A stretch of 64,000 nucleotides of DNA, taken from NCBI RefSeq assembly GCF_006345805.1, contig NW_021830470.1, forward strand, positions 1 through 64,000, written 5' to 3'. Origin of the DNA: Octopus sinensis (taxonomy: Eukaryota). The position numbers were made by a program, and so were the translations under genes. The notes beneath the pieces are model-generated. The model did not search any database, was not told the DNA's origin, and saw nothing but the letters and a program-made list of their open reading frames with translations. This document shows, piece after piece, positions 1 through 12,146 of the stretch. The first letter of the stretch is position 1. The number at the start of each line of letters is the position of its first letter.

Positions 1-38
1 TAGAACTATGACCTGGTGTTGCCTGGACATAGTGCTAG

Positions 39-412
39 TCTTTATATATAAAGTTGAAGTTGTCTGTGTATGGCAGATTTGGTAGCCTTTAACTAACACC
101 ATCTCCTCCGAGACACTGCAGTGCAAATTGACCAAAATTGAGAATATGATTGAAGAAGGCTTGCTCTTCATTCCGTAGCAGATAAAATTCAAATCGGACC
201 ATGTTAATACCAAAATTATTTACATCAAAAAGGTGCTTTTTTTCTATGAAAATCCCTATTTTTTACGATTTCTTGACAGCTGTGTCATCATTTTTCAGTG
301 TATTTCAACCAGAAAAATGTTCACTTAAAGAGAATAACAAGTTACATAATGCAAAATATTTACTTTTCAAAAATTCCAATTCTAAAGGGTCGAAACAAAC
401 CCGAGCAATATG
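39..412 (+). mobile_element. Non-autonomous Helitron (3' end truncated), joined head-to-tail to a preceding Helitron 3' end
   Basis: CTAG (35-38) is followed directly by TC-TTTATATATAAAG. Body matches the copies at 23769-24513 and stops within the 3' hairpin (AAACCCGAGCAA). Confidence 0.7.
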
Positions 413-639
413 CACACACACACATATATATAAATACATATATATGTGTGTGTATATATTTGTATATATACATAAATACATATATGCATACATGAAGAAT
501 TCATGTTTATATATATACAAAACTATAGACAATCATACATACACAACTAAATCCAAACGTACGTATACACACACTCACATAAACAACTACATACTTAAAT
601 ACAAATAGAACTGTATACATATTATATATATATATACAC

Positions 640-1790
<1,151 letters not shown>

Positions 1791-1847
1791 AACAATGTGG
1801 CCAGACTGTGTCATAAGAAACCTTGCCAAGCACGTGGTTCTGGGCTC

Positions 1848-2992
1848 TGATATTTTCCGTTTGACCGGCAGTTTTGTAAAATAATTTCCACGTAACTAAA
1901 CACTTTTAAACTTTGTATACTGGTAGAATGTGTTTATAAAACATCTTTTTCTCTTGGCTTTATTGAGAAAACTCTATAGTTTGTAAGATATTTGGGTATT
2001 TTCGGTTTGACCGGCAGTTTTTAAAAATAATTTCCACGTAACTAAACACTTTTAAACTTCGTATACTGGTAGAATGTGTTTATAAAACATCTTTTTCTCT
2101 TGGCTTTATTGAGAAAACTCTATAGTTTGTAAGATATTTGGGTATTTTCGGTTTGACCGGCAGTTTTTAAAAATAATTTCCACGTAACTAAACACTTTTA
2201 AACTTCGTATACTGGTAGAATGTGTTTATAAAACATCTTTTTCTCTTGGCTTTATTGAGAAAACTCTATAGTTTGTAAGATATTTGGGTATTTTCGGTTT
2301 GAACGGCAGTTTTTAAAAATAATTCCACGTAACTAAACACTTTTAAACTTTGTATACTGGTAGAATGTGTTATAAAACATCTTTTTCTCTGGCTTTATTG
2401 AGAAAACTCTATAGTTGTAAGATATTTGGGTCTTTTCTGTTGACCGGCAGTTTTTAAAAATAATTTCCACGTAACTAAACACTTTTAAACTTCGTATACT
2501 GGTAGAATGTGTTTATAAAACATCTTTTTCTCTTGGCTTTATTGAGAAAACTCTATAGTTTGTAAGATATTTGGGTCTTTTCTGTTTGACCGGCAGTTTT
2601 TAAAAATAATTTCCACGTAACTAAACACTTTTAAACTTCGTATACTGGTAGAATGTGTTTATAAAACATCTTTTTCTCTTGGCTTTATTGAGAAAATTCT
2701 ATAGTTTGTAAGATATTTGTTGTTTTTTTTTGTCTTCAATTTCTGCAATTGCAACCAATCACTGACGTCTATTGAGGTAAAAAACATTCTGTGCCGTATG
2801 AATATGTCCCTCGTTTAAGAAACAGATTGGGTTTATTTACATTTGTGAAGAAAAAAAGATACCCTTTCCCCACCCCCAACCCAAACCCAAAAACAGATTG
2901 AAATGCAATAGATCGATACTAGGGTCATAATTATGGGTGACAATTTCACATGACCCCACTAGAAAAAACTGCCATTCAAACGGAAAAGATCC
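1848..2992 (+). mobile_element. MITE family A (GGATC...GATCC termini) with six 146-bp tandem units
   Basis: 8-bp TSD CTGGGCTC at 1840-1847 and 2993-3000. Right end ...CGGAAAAGATCC; left end degenerate TGATATTTTCCGTTTG. TTGA(C/A)CGGCAG recurs at 1861, 2007, 2153, 2299, 2440, 2586. Confidence 0.85.
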
Positions 2993-2994
2993 CT

Positions 2995-3196
2995 GGGCTC
3001 AGTGCCACTGCATGGCACCTTAAGTGTGGGCTCAGTGCCACTGCTTGGCACCTTAAGTGTGGGCTCAGTGCCACTGCATGGCACCTTAAGTGTGGGCTCA
3101 GTGCCACTGCATGGTACCTTAAGTGTGGGCTCAGTGCCACTGCATGGCACCTTAAGTGTGGGCTCAGTGCCACTGCATGGCACCTTAGGTGTGGGC
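2995..3196 (+). repeat. 33-bp minisatellite (~6 units) derived from the S1 SINE B-box region
   Basis: Unit GGGCTCAGTGCCACTGCATGGCACCTTAAGTGT, homologous to S1 GGGTTCAGTCCCACTGCGTGGCACCTTGGGC. Confidence 0.9.
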
Positions 3197-3264
3197 CTTC
3201 TACTAAATTCTTGTTTTATCCAAATCCTTCAAAGCCATTCTGGTCAGTGCTGAGATGGTAATAG

Positions 3265-3490
3265 TACCTATTTCTTTATTACCCACAAGAGGCTAAACAC
3301 AGAGGGGACAAACAAGGACAGACAAAGGGATTAAGTCGATTACATTGATCCCAGTGCGTAACTGATACTTATTTAATCGACCCCGCAAGGATGAAAGGCA
3401 AAGGCGACCTCGGCGGAATTTGAACTCAGAATGTAATGTCTACGCTTTTTGCCAGGCGTGCTAACGTATCTGCCATCTCGCCGCCTTTAA
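3265..3490 (-). mobile_element. SINE family S2 (tRNA-like head; GCCTTTCATCCTTTCGGGGTCGATAAATTAAGTACCAG core, Meta-domain-like)
   Basis: Reverse complement of the family consensus seen many times in the window. Confidence 0.8.
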
Positions 3491-3869
3491 TGGTAATAGT
3501 ACCTGTGCTTATAATGTGAGCCCCTTACCCATGCATTTCATGTATCACCGTCACCAGTTCTTCTAACGAGACACCATCATCAGTGACCCTTTTTCTGTGG
3601 TACCATCACCAATGATTTACAAGTTGCACCATCATCCGTGCTTTTTGGGTGACCCCTCTAGTATAGCTTTTCATGTGGAACCATCACCAGTGGTTTTTTC
3701 CTGGGACCAGCATCTGTGCTATTTATTTACCCCTGTGACCAGTGCTTGTAATATGGGTCCAGCACCAGGGCCTTTGATATGGTGGAAGCACCATCCTCTT
3801 TCCATGGCACCAGCACAACTGCTTTTCTCTTGGCAGCATCACCAGTGATTTTTACGTGACAACAAAACT

Positions 3870-4200
3870 GAAAGGGTCACTAAGGACCCTGTAAGACAAA
3901 ATAGCCCACAACTGGGAGGGAGGAAAGTAGTATTAAAGGAATGTCCCTTCGTTCCAGTTGAGGGGTTTAAGGTAGAAAGGGGACAGGGTCTAGATATAGA
4001 GTAACAACACAAACACAAAATAAACTTTTTATTTATTATTCTTTTTTGACAAATTCCTCAAAACCCAACTGCAGGCATTTTCAGTAATCAAGTTATCTCA
4101 GAGTCAATATTTTTACGGATGATCACAAATTTCAGGTTCACATTGACGATATTAAAGTTGAAGGGAAAAAAATTGTCTTTTAGCAGACAAAATTCGAAAT
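3870..4200 (-). other. Paralogous ZNF 3'-flank block with candidate poly(A) signal (TTTATT on + at 4028-4037)
   Basis: Aligns with 38030-38630 and 51520-51750 (AAATTCCTCAAAA...CTGCAGGCATTTTCAGTAATCAAGTTATCTCAGAGTCAATATTTTTAC). Confidence 0.7.
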
Positions 4201-4400
4201 AATTACTGTGACACCGAGAAGTTCACAGAATTCTATTAATTACATTGTTATTAGTAGTATTATTATCATCATTGTCAACTTACCGTATTCAGACAAAAAC
4301 TGCAAATCACAGACCGATAACTAATTAGTGTAATTAATATTAATGAGCGCCTTGACACACAATACAGATATTAACAGAATGAAACTAAGGGGGAAACTGA
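4195..4400 (-). other. Fragment paralogous to the ZNF first-exon/donor block
   Basis: ACTTACCGTATTC at 4278 and its flanks match 14714 and 46664. Confidence 0.55.
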
Positions 4401-4484
4401 AAGGAATCCCACCAGTCGGTAGAGCCATCTAGGAGAGAATTAGAGAACTACTATGAAAGGGAATCTTTATTAAGATCATGGGGA

Positions 4485-5290
4485 TCTTGGCGATCTGGCA
4501 GAAAGGTTAGCACGTCGGGCGAAATGCTTAGCAGTATTTCGTCTGAGTTCAAATTCCGCCGAGGTCGACTTTGCCTTTCATCCATTCGGGGTCGATAAAT
4601 TAAGTACCAGTTACGCACTGGGGTCGATGTAATCGTTAGGTATTAAATTTTGACACTAATACAATTATATTTGTGTGGATAACCACATGTTCATGCATGG
4701 GGCTTTTTCGATATTATTCTTTTTTAAACAAATTCCTCAAAGTCCAGCCAAACGCAATTTCAGTAATCAAGTTATGTCAAGTGTCAATATTTTATATCGA
4801 CCCCAGTGCGTAAATGGTACTTATTTAATCAACCCCGAAAGGATGAAAGGCAAAGTCGACCTCGGCAGAATTTGAACTCAGAACGTAAAGACAGACGAAA
4901 CACCTATTTCTTTACTACCCACAAGGGGCTAAACACAGAGGGGACAAACAAGGACAGACACACGGATTAAATCGATTACATCGACCCCAGTGCGTAACTG
5001 GTACTTAATTTATCGACCCCGAAAGAATGAAAGGCAAAGTCGACCTCGGCAGAATTTGAACTCAGAACGTAAAGACAGACGAAATACCGCTGGAAGTAAC
5101 GTTAGCACGCCAGGCGAAATGTTTAGCGGTATTTCGTCCGTCTTTACATTCTGAGTTCAAATTCTGCCAAGGTCGACTTTGCCTTTCATCCTTTCGGGGT
5201 CGATTAATTAAGTACCAGTTGCGTAGTGGGGGTCAATCTAATTGACTGGTCCCCTCCTCCAAAATTTCGGGCCTTGTAACCTAGAGTAGA
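4485..5290. mobile_element. Cluster of S2 SINEs: + (4485-4635), - (4790-5091, partly duplicated), + (5092-5290)
   Basis: Family core motif in both orientations. Confidence 0.85.
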
Positions 5291-5679
5291 AAAGAATATT
5301 TTTACAGATGACGGCAAATTTGAGATTGACACTGACAGTATTGAAGTTGACGACATCAAAGTTGACAACGTCAGAGTTGACGAAAGGAAAAAGCCTGTGT
5401 TTTAGCAGACCAAACAGAGTTGTTTATTGTATTGCTTTAATAAGTTTTGACATTGATACAGTTACATGTCTGCGTAAATACCCACATGTGTATGCATGTG
5501 GCTTTTTCGAGAGAATGATTTGTCACAGTGACATGGGTTCTCTCTTGAAGGAATTCATTGATGGACATTTAAGTTAGGTCTATCAGAGAATGACCATGAC
5601 AGGGTTAGTCTGGTAGGAACATTTTCCTGTATAGTTAAAACACCATTTACAAAAAAGTATCACAATAGCCAATGCAAGG

Positions 5680-6924
5680 TTATGGCTTCTCTCTTGTATG
5701 TGTATGTGTGTGTTTAGTCAAGTGATGACTTTGAGAGAATGATTTACCACAGACATCGCAATGATATGGTCTCTCTCCTGTATGAATGCGTTTGTGAGTA
5801 ACCAATTGACTATTACGAGAGAATGATTTACCACAGATATCACAATGATATGGTTTCTCCCCTGTGTGTGTAGGCTTGTGATTAGTCAAGTGAGTGCTTT
5901 GAGAGAATGATTTACCACAGATATCACAGTGATATGGTTTCTCTCCTGTATGAACACGTTTGTGATTCGTCAACTGGCTATTACAAGAGAATGATTTACC
6001 ACAGATACCACAGTGATAGGTCTTCTCCCCAGTATGAATATGCTTATGTTTAGTTAAAACGTTATTTTCAGAGAATGATTTACCACAGATATCACAGTGA
6101 TATGGTCTCTCTCCTGTATGAACACGTTTGTGTCTCGTTAAAATACTTGTTTGCGAGAATGATTCACCACAGATATTACAACGATATGGTTTCTCTCCTG
6201 TATGAATACGTTTGTGAATAGTTAAATTACTAGCTGCAGAAAATGATTTACCACAGATATCACACTGATATGGTTTTTCTCCTGTATGGATACGTTTATG
6301 CTGTTTCATGTTACCAGCGGCGTAAAAGGATTCGTCACAAATATCGCAATTATAAGGCTTCTCCCCTGTATGAATGCGCTGGTGTTTAGTTAAATTGCCC
6401 CTTTCAAAAAATGATTTACCACAGATCTCACAGTGATCTGGTTTCTCTCCTGTATGAACACGCTTGTGTTTAGCCAAGTGACTATTTTGAAGGAACGATT
6501 TACCACAGATATCGCAGTGATATGGTTTCTCTCCAGAATGAATACGCGAGTGAGTAGTCAAGTTACCATGACAAGAGAATGATTTACCGCAAATATCACA
6601 ACGATATGGTTTCTCTCCTGTATGAATACGTTTGTGTGTTTTTAAGTGACTGGCCCGAAAGAATGTTTTACCACAGATATTGCAATGATGTGGCCCTTCT
6701 GTGTGTGTATGTGTGTGACTAGTTAACTTACTATTGTGAGGGAATGATTTACCACAGATATCACAATGAAATGGCTTCTCTCCAGTATGTGTACATTGGT
6801 GTCCAGATAAATCACTTCTTTGAGAGAATGATTTACCACAGATATTACAATTATATACCTTTGCCTCTGTGTCGGGGATTTCTGGTTTACTTAAATTATT
6901 CATTATGAGAGAATTCCTTATCAT
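5680..6924 (-). CDS. Tandem C2H2 zinc-finger protein, 14 fingers, no recognisable effector domain (ZNF-1)
   Basis: 14 CxxC-x12-HxxxH repeats with TGEKP-type linkers in an uninterrupted frame. The track start at 6933 is GTG; the first ATG is 6924 and the paralog-conserved ATG is 6903. Confidence 0.9.
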   Translation of the reverse strand: MIRNSLIMNNLSKPEIPDTEAKVYNCNICGKSFSQRSDLSGHQCTHTGEKPFHCDICGKSFPHNSKLTSHTHTHTEGPHHCNICGKTFFRASHLKTHKRIHTGEKPYRCDICGKSFSCHGNLTTHSRIHSGEKPYHCDICGKSFLQNSHLAKHKRVHTGEKPDHCEICGKSFFERGNLTKHQRIHTGEKPYNCDICDESFYAAGNMKQHKRIHTGEKPYQCDICGKSFSAASNLTIHKRIHTGEKPYRCNICGESFSQTSILTRHKRVHTGERPYHCDICGKSFSENNVLTKHKHIHTGEKTYHCGICGKSFSCNSQLTNHKRVHTGEKPYHCDICGKSFSQSTHLTNHKPTHTGEKPYHCDICGKSFSRNSQLVTHKRIHTGERPYHCDVCGKSFSQSHHLTKHTHTHTREKP

Positions 6925-7300
6925 ACATATCACAAAGATAATGTGTTTTTCATTTCTATGAATATGTTTATGTTCCGTTGTGTCACTTCATTCAGAGAAT
7001 AACTTGATGCAATCTTTCTTTCCATCCACGATCTTACTCGATATCTAAAACAGCAGATGGAAATTGTCAACTCCTTTGTAAATTTATCCAACTTTAATTC
7101 ACCAGGAACGCAATCACCTCCTCCACATTCCAGAGAAAGAAAAATATTCCGCTGTTCCTTGTTATAGACTGTATTTATATACAGAGGTAGACTAATTCAT
7201 GAATGCTCCTTATAAATATATTGTCTTCCTTTAGGTGATGAGAATATCAAAGACACTTCTGAATGGAGAGATTTCCTTCACGTCAACATGTTCTGATATT

Positions 7301-7345
7301 CTGAAATAGGAAAAGAAGCAGTAAGATAAAACTGGATAGTTGACC
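7301..7345 (-). promoter_or_regulatory. Candidate 3' splice acceptor of the ZNF-1 coding exon
   Basis: Minus strand TTTTATCTTACTGCTTCTTTTCCTATTTCAG|AATATC; near-identical site upstream of ZNF-2 (55886-55920). Confidence 0.7.
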
Positions 7346-7382
7346 AACATAAGTAATTAAACATTGCAGATTTTATATCACT

Positions 7383-7620
7383 ACCTATTTCTTTATTACC
7401 CACAGGGGGTTAAACACAGAGGGGACAAACAAGGACAGACATAGGTATTAAGTCGATTACATCAACCCCAGTGCGTAACTGGTACTTAATTTATCAACCC
7501 CGAAAGGATGAAAGGCAAAGTCGACCTCGGCGGAATTTGAACTCAGAACGTAACGGCAGACGAAATACCGCTAAGCATTTCGACCGACGTGCTAACGTTT
7601 CTGCCAGCTTGCCGCCTTTT
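7383..7620 (-). mobile_element. S2 SINE, near full length
   Basis: Family consensus in reverse complement. Confidence 0.85.
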
Positions 7621-7659
7621 ATATCACTACCATTGTCCTACATTTACTGTCCATGCTTG

Positions 7660-8345
7660 GCGCAGGAGTGGCTGTGTGGTAAGTAGCTTGTTTACCAACC
7701 ACATGGTTCCGGTTTCAGTCCCACTGCGTGGCACCTTGGGCAAGTGTCTTCTGCTATAGCCTCGGGCCGACCAAAGCCTTGTGAGTGGATTTGGTAGACG
7801 GAAACTGAAAGAAGCCCGTCGTAAATATGTATATATATATATGTGTGTGTGTGTTAGTGTGTCTGTGTTTGTGCCCCTAGTATTGCTTGACAACCGATGC
7901 TGGCGTGTTTATGTCCCCGTTGCTTAGCGGTTCGGCAAAAGAGACCGATAGAATAAGTACTGAGCTTACAAAAGAATAAGTCCCGGGGTCGAGTTGCTCG
8001 ATTAAAAGGCGGTGCTCCAGCATGGCCGCAGTCAAATGACTGAAACAAGTAAAACAGTAAACTTAGCGGTTCGGCAAAAGAGACCGATAGAATAAGTACT
8101 GAGCTTACAAAAGAATAGTCCCGGGGTCGAGTTGCTCGATTAAAAGGCGGTGCTCCAGCATGGCCGCAGTCAAATGACTGAAACAAGTAAAACAGTAAAC
8201 TTAGCGGTTCGGCAAAAGAGACCGATAGAATAAGTACTGAGCTTACAAAAGAATAAGTCCCGGGGTCGAGTTGCTCGATTAAAAGGCGGTGCTCCAGCAT
8301 GGCCGCAGTCAAATGACTGACACAAGTAGAAGAGAGTAAAGAGTA
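7660..8345 (+). mobile_element. S1 SINE with its 3' segment triplicated
   Basis: Head, (TA)n, then CTTAGCGGTTCGGCAAAAGAG...GAAACAAGT three times. Confidence 0.9.
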
Positions 8346-8688
8346 TAAGTCGGAGTTCATTGAGGCATGACAAAAAAATGGCATACCATCACAAATATGC
8401 TACACCCTAAATTTATTTGCCGATACCTTTCAGAAATATCAATGTTTGATACTTCTAAGATTAGGGAGCATATTTTCTCCTTTCTTTTACGGGTTTTTCA
8501 CTGCTATATCTTTACTGTAACCTCGATGGGGTCACTTAATAATATTCTAGTAAGTGTCCATTTCTAGTGTCACCAATTCAGTGAGCATGGTCCCTAACTG
8601 ATTCTATGAAGGGGTCCCCAGAAAAGTGCAGTAAATGAGTTTCTTAGAAGCCGTGGATACACAAGCGTTAAATTGTATTATACACTTC

Positions 8689-10100
8689 ATCATCATCATC
8701 GTTTAGCGTCCGCTTTCCATGCTGGCATGGGTTGGACGGTTCAACTGGGGTCTGGGAAGCCAGAAGGCTGCACCAGGCTCCGGTCTGATCTGGCAGTGTT
8801 TCTACGGCTGGATGCCCTTCCTTACACCAACCACTCCATGAGTGTAGTGCGTGCTTTTTACGTGCCACCGGCATGGGGGCCGGGCGGAACTGGCAAATGG
8901 CCACGGTTGGATGGTGCTTTTTACGTGCCACCAACACGGGGGCCAGACGAAGCTGGCAAACAGCCACGGTCGGATGGTGCTTTTTACGTGCCACCCAGAC
9001 GAGGCTGGCAAACAGCCACGGTCGCATGGTGCTTTTTACGTGCCACCAACACGGGGGCCAGACGAGGCTGGCAAACAGCCACGGTCGCATGGTGCTTTTT
9101 ACGTGCCACCAACACGGGGGCCAGACAGGGCTGGCAAACAGCCACGGTCGCATGGTGCTTTTTACGTGCCACCGACACGGGGGCCAGACGAGGCTGGCAA
9201 ACAGCCACGGTCGCATGGTGCTTTTTACGTGCCACCAACACGGGGGCCAGACAGGGCTGGCAAACAGCCACGGTCGCATGGTGCTTTTTACGTGCCACCA
9301 ACACGGGGGCCAGACAGGGCTGGCAAACAGCCACGGTCGCATGGTGCTTTTTACGTGCCACCGGCATGGGGGCCAGACGAGGCTGGCAAACAGCCACGGT
9401 CGGATGGTGCTTTTTACGTGCCACCGGCATGGGGGCCAGACGAGGCTGGCAAACAGCCACGGTCGGATTGATGCTTTTTACGTGCCACCGGCACGGGGGT
9501 CAGACAAGGCTGGCAAACAGCCACGGTCGGATGGTGCTTTTTACGTGCCACCAACACGGGGGCCAGACAGGGCTGGCAAACAGCCACGGTCGGATGGTGC
9601 TTTTTACATGCCACCGACACGGGGGTCAGACAAGGCTGGCAAACAGCCACGGTCGGATGGTGCTTTTTACGTGCCACCGACACGGGGGCCAGACGAGGCT
9701 GGCAAACAGCCACGGTCGGATGGTGCTTTTTACATGCCACCAACACGGGGGCCAGACAGGGCTGGCAAACAGCCACGGTCGGATGGTGCTTTTTACGTGC
9801 CACCAACACGGGGGCCAGACAGGGCTGGCAAACAGCCACAGTCGCATGGTGCTTTTTACGTGCCACCGGCATGGGGGCCAGACGAAGCTGGCAAACGGCC
9901 ACGATCAGATGGTGCTTTTTACATGCCACCGGCACGGAAGCCAGCCAGGGCGGCGCTGGCTACAGCCACATTCGGATGGTTCTCTTATGTGTCACCGGCA
10001 CTGGTATCACAGCTACAAATTCCACTGATGTTGATAGATTACGATTTTGATTTTCACATGCCTCAACAGGTCTTCACAAGTGGAGTTTTGTGTCCCAAGA
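8689..10100 (-). mobile_element. 5'-truncated RTE LINE 3'UTR with an expanded 63-bp minisatellite (~17 units, 8870-9940)
   Basis: (CAT)n tail at 8689. Sequence matches the 3'UTR attached to the RTE ORF at 20676-21285; 21-aa periodicity in several ORF frames. Confidence 0.85.
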
Positions 10101-10345
10101 CCTTGATCTTCTTTGTAATTCATGTGAATTAACATTACAAGATGGAATTCGCCGATTTAGTAATGACAGTGAGACACTAGATTTCTTTCGCAAACACAAT
10201 GTCATTCCCAGTTCAGTAGATTGCTTTAGATGTTATTTACCATGTACACTCCGCGGAAACACAAGCATCTTCCGATGTCGAAGGACCGTTCACCGTCGAA
10301 GACAAAGGGGCCCACGGAATGTGGATATCCTATATCCCTATACTA

Positions 10346-11125
10346 TAGGCGCAGGAGTGGCTGTGTGGTAAGTAGCTTGCTAACTAACCACATGGTTCCG
10401 GGTTCAGTCCCACTGCGTGGCATCTTGGTCAAGTTTTCTTCTGCTATAGCCCCGGGCCGACCAATGCCTTGTGAGTGGATTTGGTAGACGGAAACTGAAA
10501 GAAGCCTGTCGTATATATGTATATATATATATATATAGGCACAGGAGTGGCTGTGTGGTAAGTAGCTTGCTTACAAACCACATGGTTCCGGGTTCAGTCC
10601 CACTGCGTGGCACCTTGGGCAAATGCCTTCTGCTATAGCCCCGGGCCGACCAATGCCTTGTGAGTGGATTTGGTAGATGGAAACTGAAAGAAGCCTGTCG
10701 TATATATGTATATATATATATATATAGGTGCAGGAGTGGCTGTGTGGTAAGTAGCTTGCTTACCAACCATATGGTTCCAGGCTCAGTCCCACTGCGTGGC
10801 ATCTTGGTCAAGTTTTCTTCTGCTATAGCCCCGGGCCGACCAATGCCTTGTGAGTGGATTTGGTAGACGGAAACTGAAAGAAGCCTGTCGTATATATGTA
10901 TATATATATGTATGTGTTTGTGTGTCTGTGTTTGTCTCCCTAGCATTGCTTGATAACCGATGCTGGTGTGTTTACGTCCCCGTCACTTAGCGGTTCAGCA
11001 AAAGAGACCGATAGAATAAGTACTGGGCTTACAAAGAATAAGTCCCGGGGTCGATTTGCTCGACTAAAGGCGGTGCTCCAGCATGGCCGCAGTCAAATGA
11101 CTGAAACATGTAAAAGAGTAAAGAG
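10346..11125 (+). mobile_element. S1 SINE with three tandem heads
   Basis: Head-(TA)n x3, then tail; flanked by an ATACTA duplication in the Merlin ORF. Confidence 0.9.
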
Positions 11126-11364
11126 ATACTACAACACTTTTTTTGGAGCGGAGTCAGATACCACCCTGTAAAGTCCTGTTATTTGTAAAGTACTTTCTCA
11201 CAGACTGTTGGTCGCATGCATTAGTCATGGAAAATTTAAACATTTCATGTCCGACCTCGATTGATTGGCGATCCTTCTGTTCGGAGGTTTGTCAGCATTG
11301 GGTAGAGAATTACCAGGATCAAATCGGTGGACCAGGAGTTGAAGTAGAAATTGATGAGACGGTT

Positions 11365-11958
11365 AGGCGCAGGAGTGGCTGTGAGGTAAGTAGCTTTCTA
11401 ACCAAATACATGGTTCCAGGTTCAGTCCCACTGCGTGGCATCTTGGGCAAGTGTCTTCTGCTATAGCCCCGGGCCGACCAATGCCTTGTGAGTGGATTTG
11501 GTAGACGGAAACTGAAAGAAGCCTGTCGTATATATGTATATAGGCGCAGGAGTGGCTGTGTGGTAAGTAGCTTGCTTACCAACCACATGGTTCCGGGTTC
11601 AGTCCCACTGCGTGGCACCTTGGGCAAGTGTCTTCTGCTATAGCCCCGGGCCGACCAATGCTTTGTGAGTGGATTTGGTAGACGGAAACTGGAAGAAGCC
11701 TGTCGTATATATGTACATATGTATGTATGTGTGTGTATTAGTGTGTGTTTGTGTGTCTATGTTTGTCCCCCTAGCATTGCTTGATAACCGATGTTGGTGT
11801 GTTTACGCCCCCGTCACTTAGCGATTCGGCAAAAAGAGACCAATAGAATAAGTACTGGGCTTACAAAGAATAAGACTCGGGGTCGATTTGCTCGACTAAA
11901 GGCGGTGCTCCAGCATGGCCGCAGTCAAATGACTGAAACAAGTAAAAGAGTAAAGAGT
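11365..11958 (+). mobile_element. S1 SINE with two tandem heads
   Basis: Head x2, microsatellite, tail; GTTA duplication at the junctions. Confidence 0.9.
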
Positions 11959-12146
11959 TATCGTAAGAAGAAAATATAATTGTGGAAGACTCACAAAAAC
12001 TATCTGGCTTTTCGGTGGGATAGAGAGAGTAGCCAAAAAAAAAGTTTTGATCCCTCTTTCATCTGAGTGTGGTGAAAAGGAAAGGCAAGATGCTGCCAAA
12101 CTGATCCCCTTAATTACTCGATATATACACCAAGGGTCCATAGTAT

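Noticed and set aside
1848-2720. Regular arrays as possible CRISPR loci (also 27940-28685, 57663-58445)
   Set aside because: Units are contiguous near-identical repeats without unique spacers; no cas genes; eukaryotic context.
6925-6933. ORF-track starts at 6933 and 54882
   Set aside because: These are GTG codons; eukaryotic initiation is more likely at the ATGs at 6924/6903 and 54852.
8668-10132. Overlapping 150-450 aa ORFs in several frames (also 39766-40591, 53010-53580)
   Set aside because: A 63-bp unit is a multiple of three with stop-free frames; it is an RTE 3'UTR minisatellite with no protein homology.
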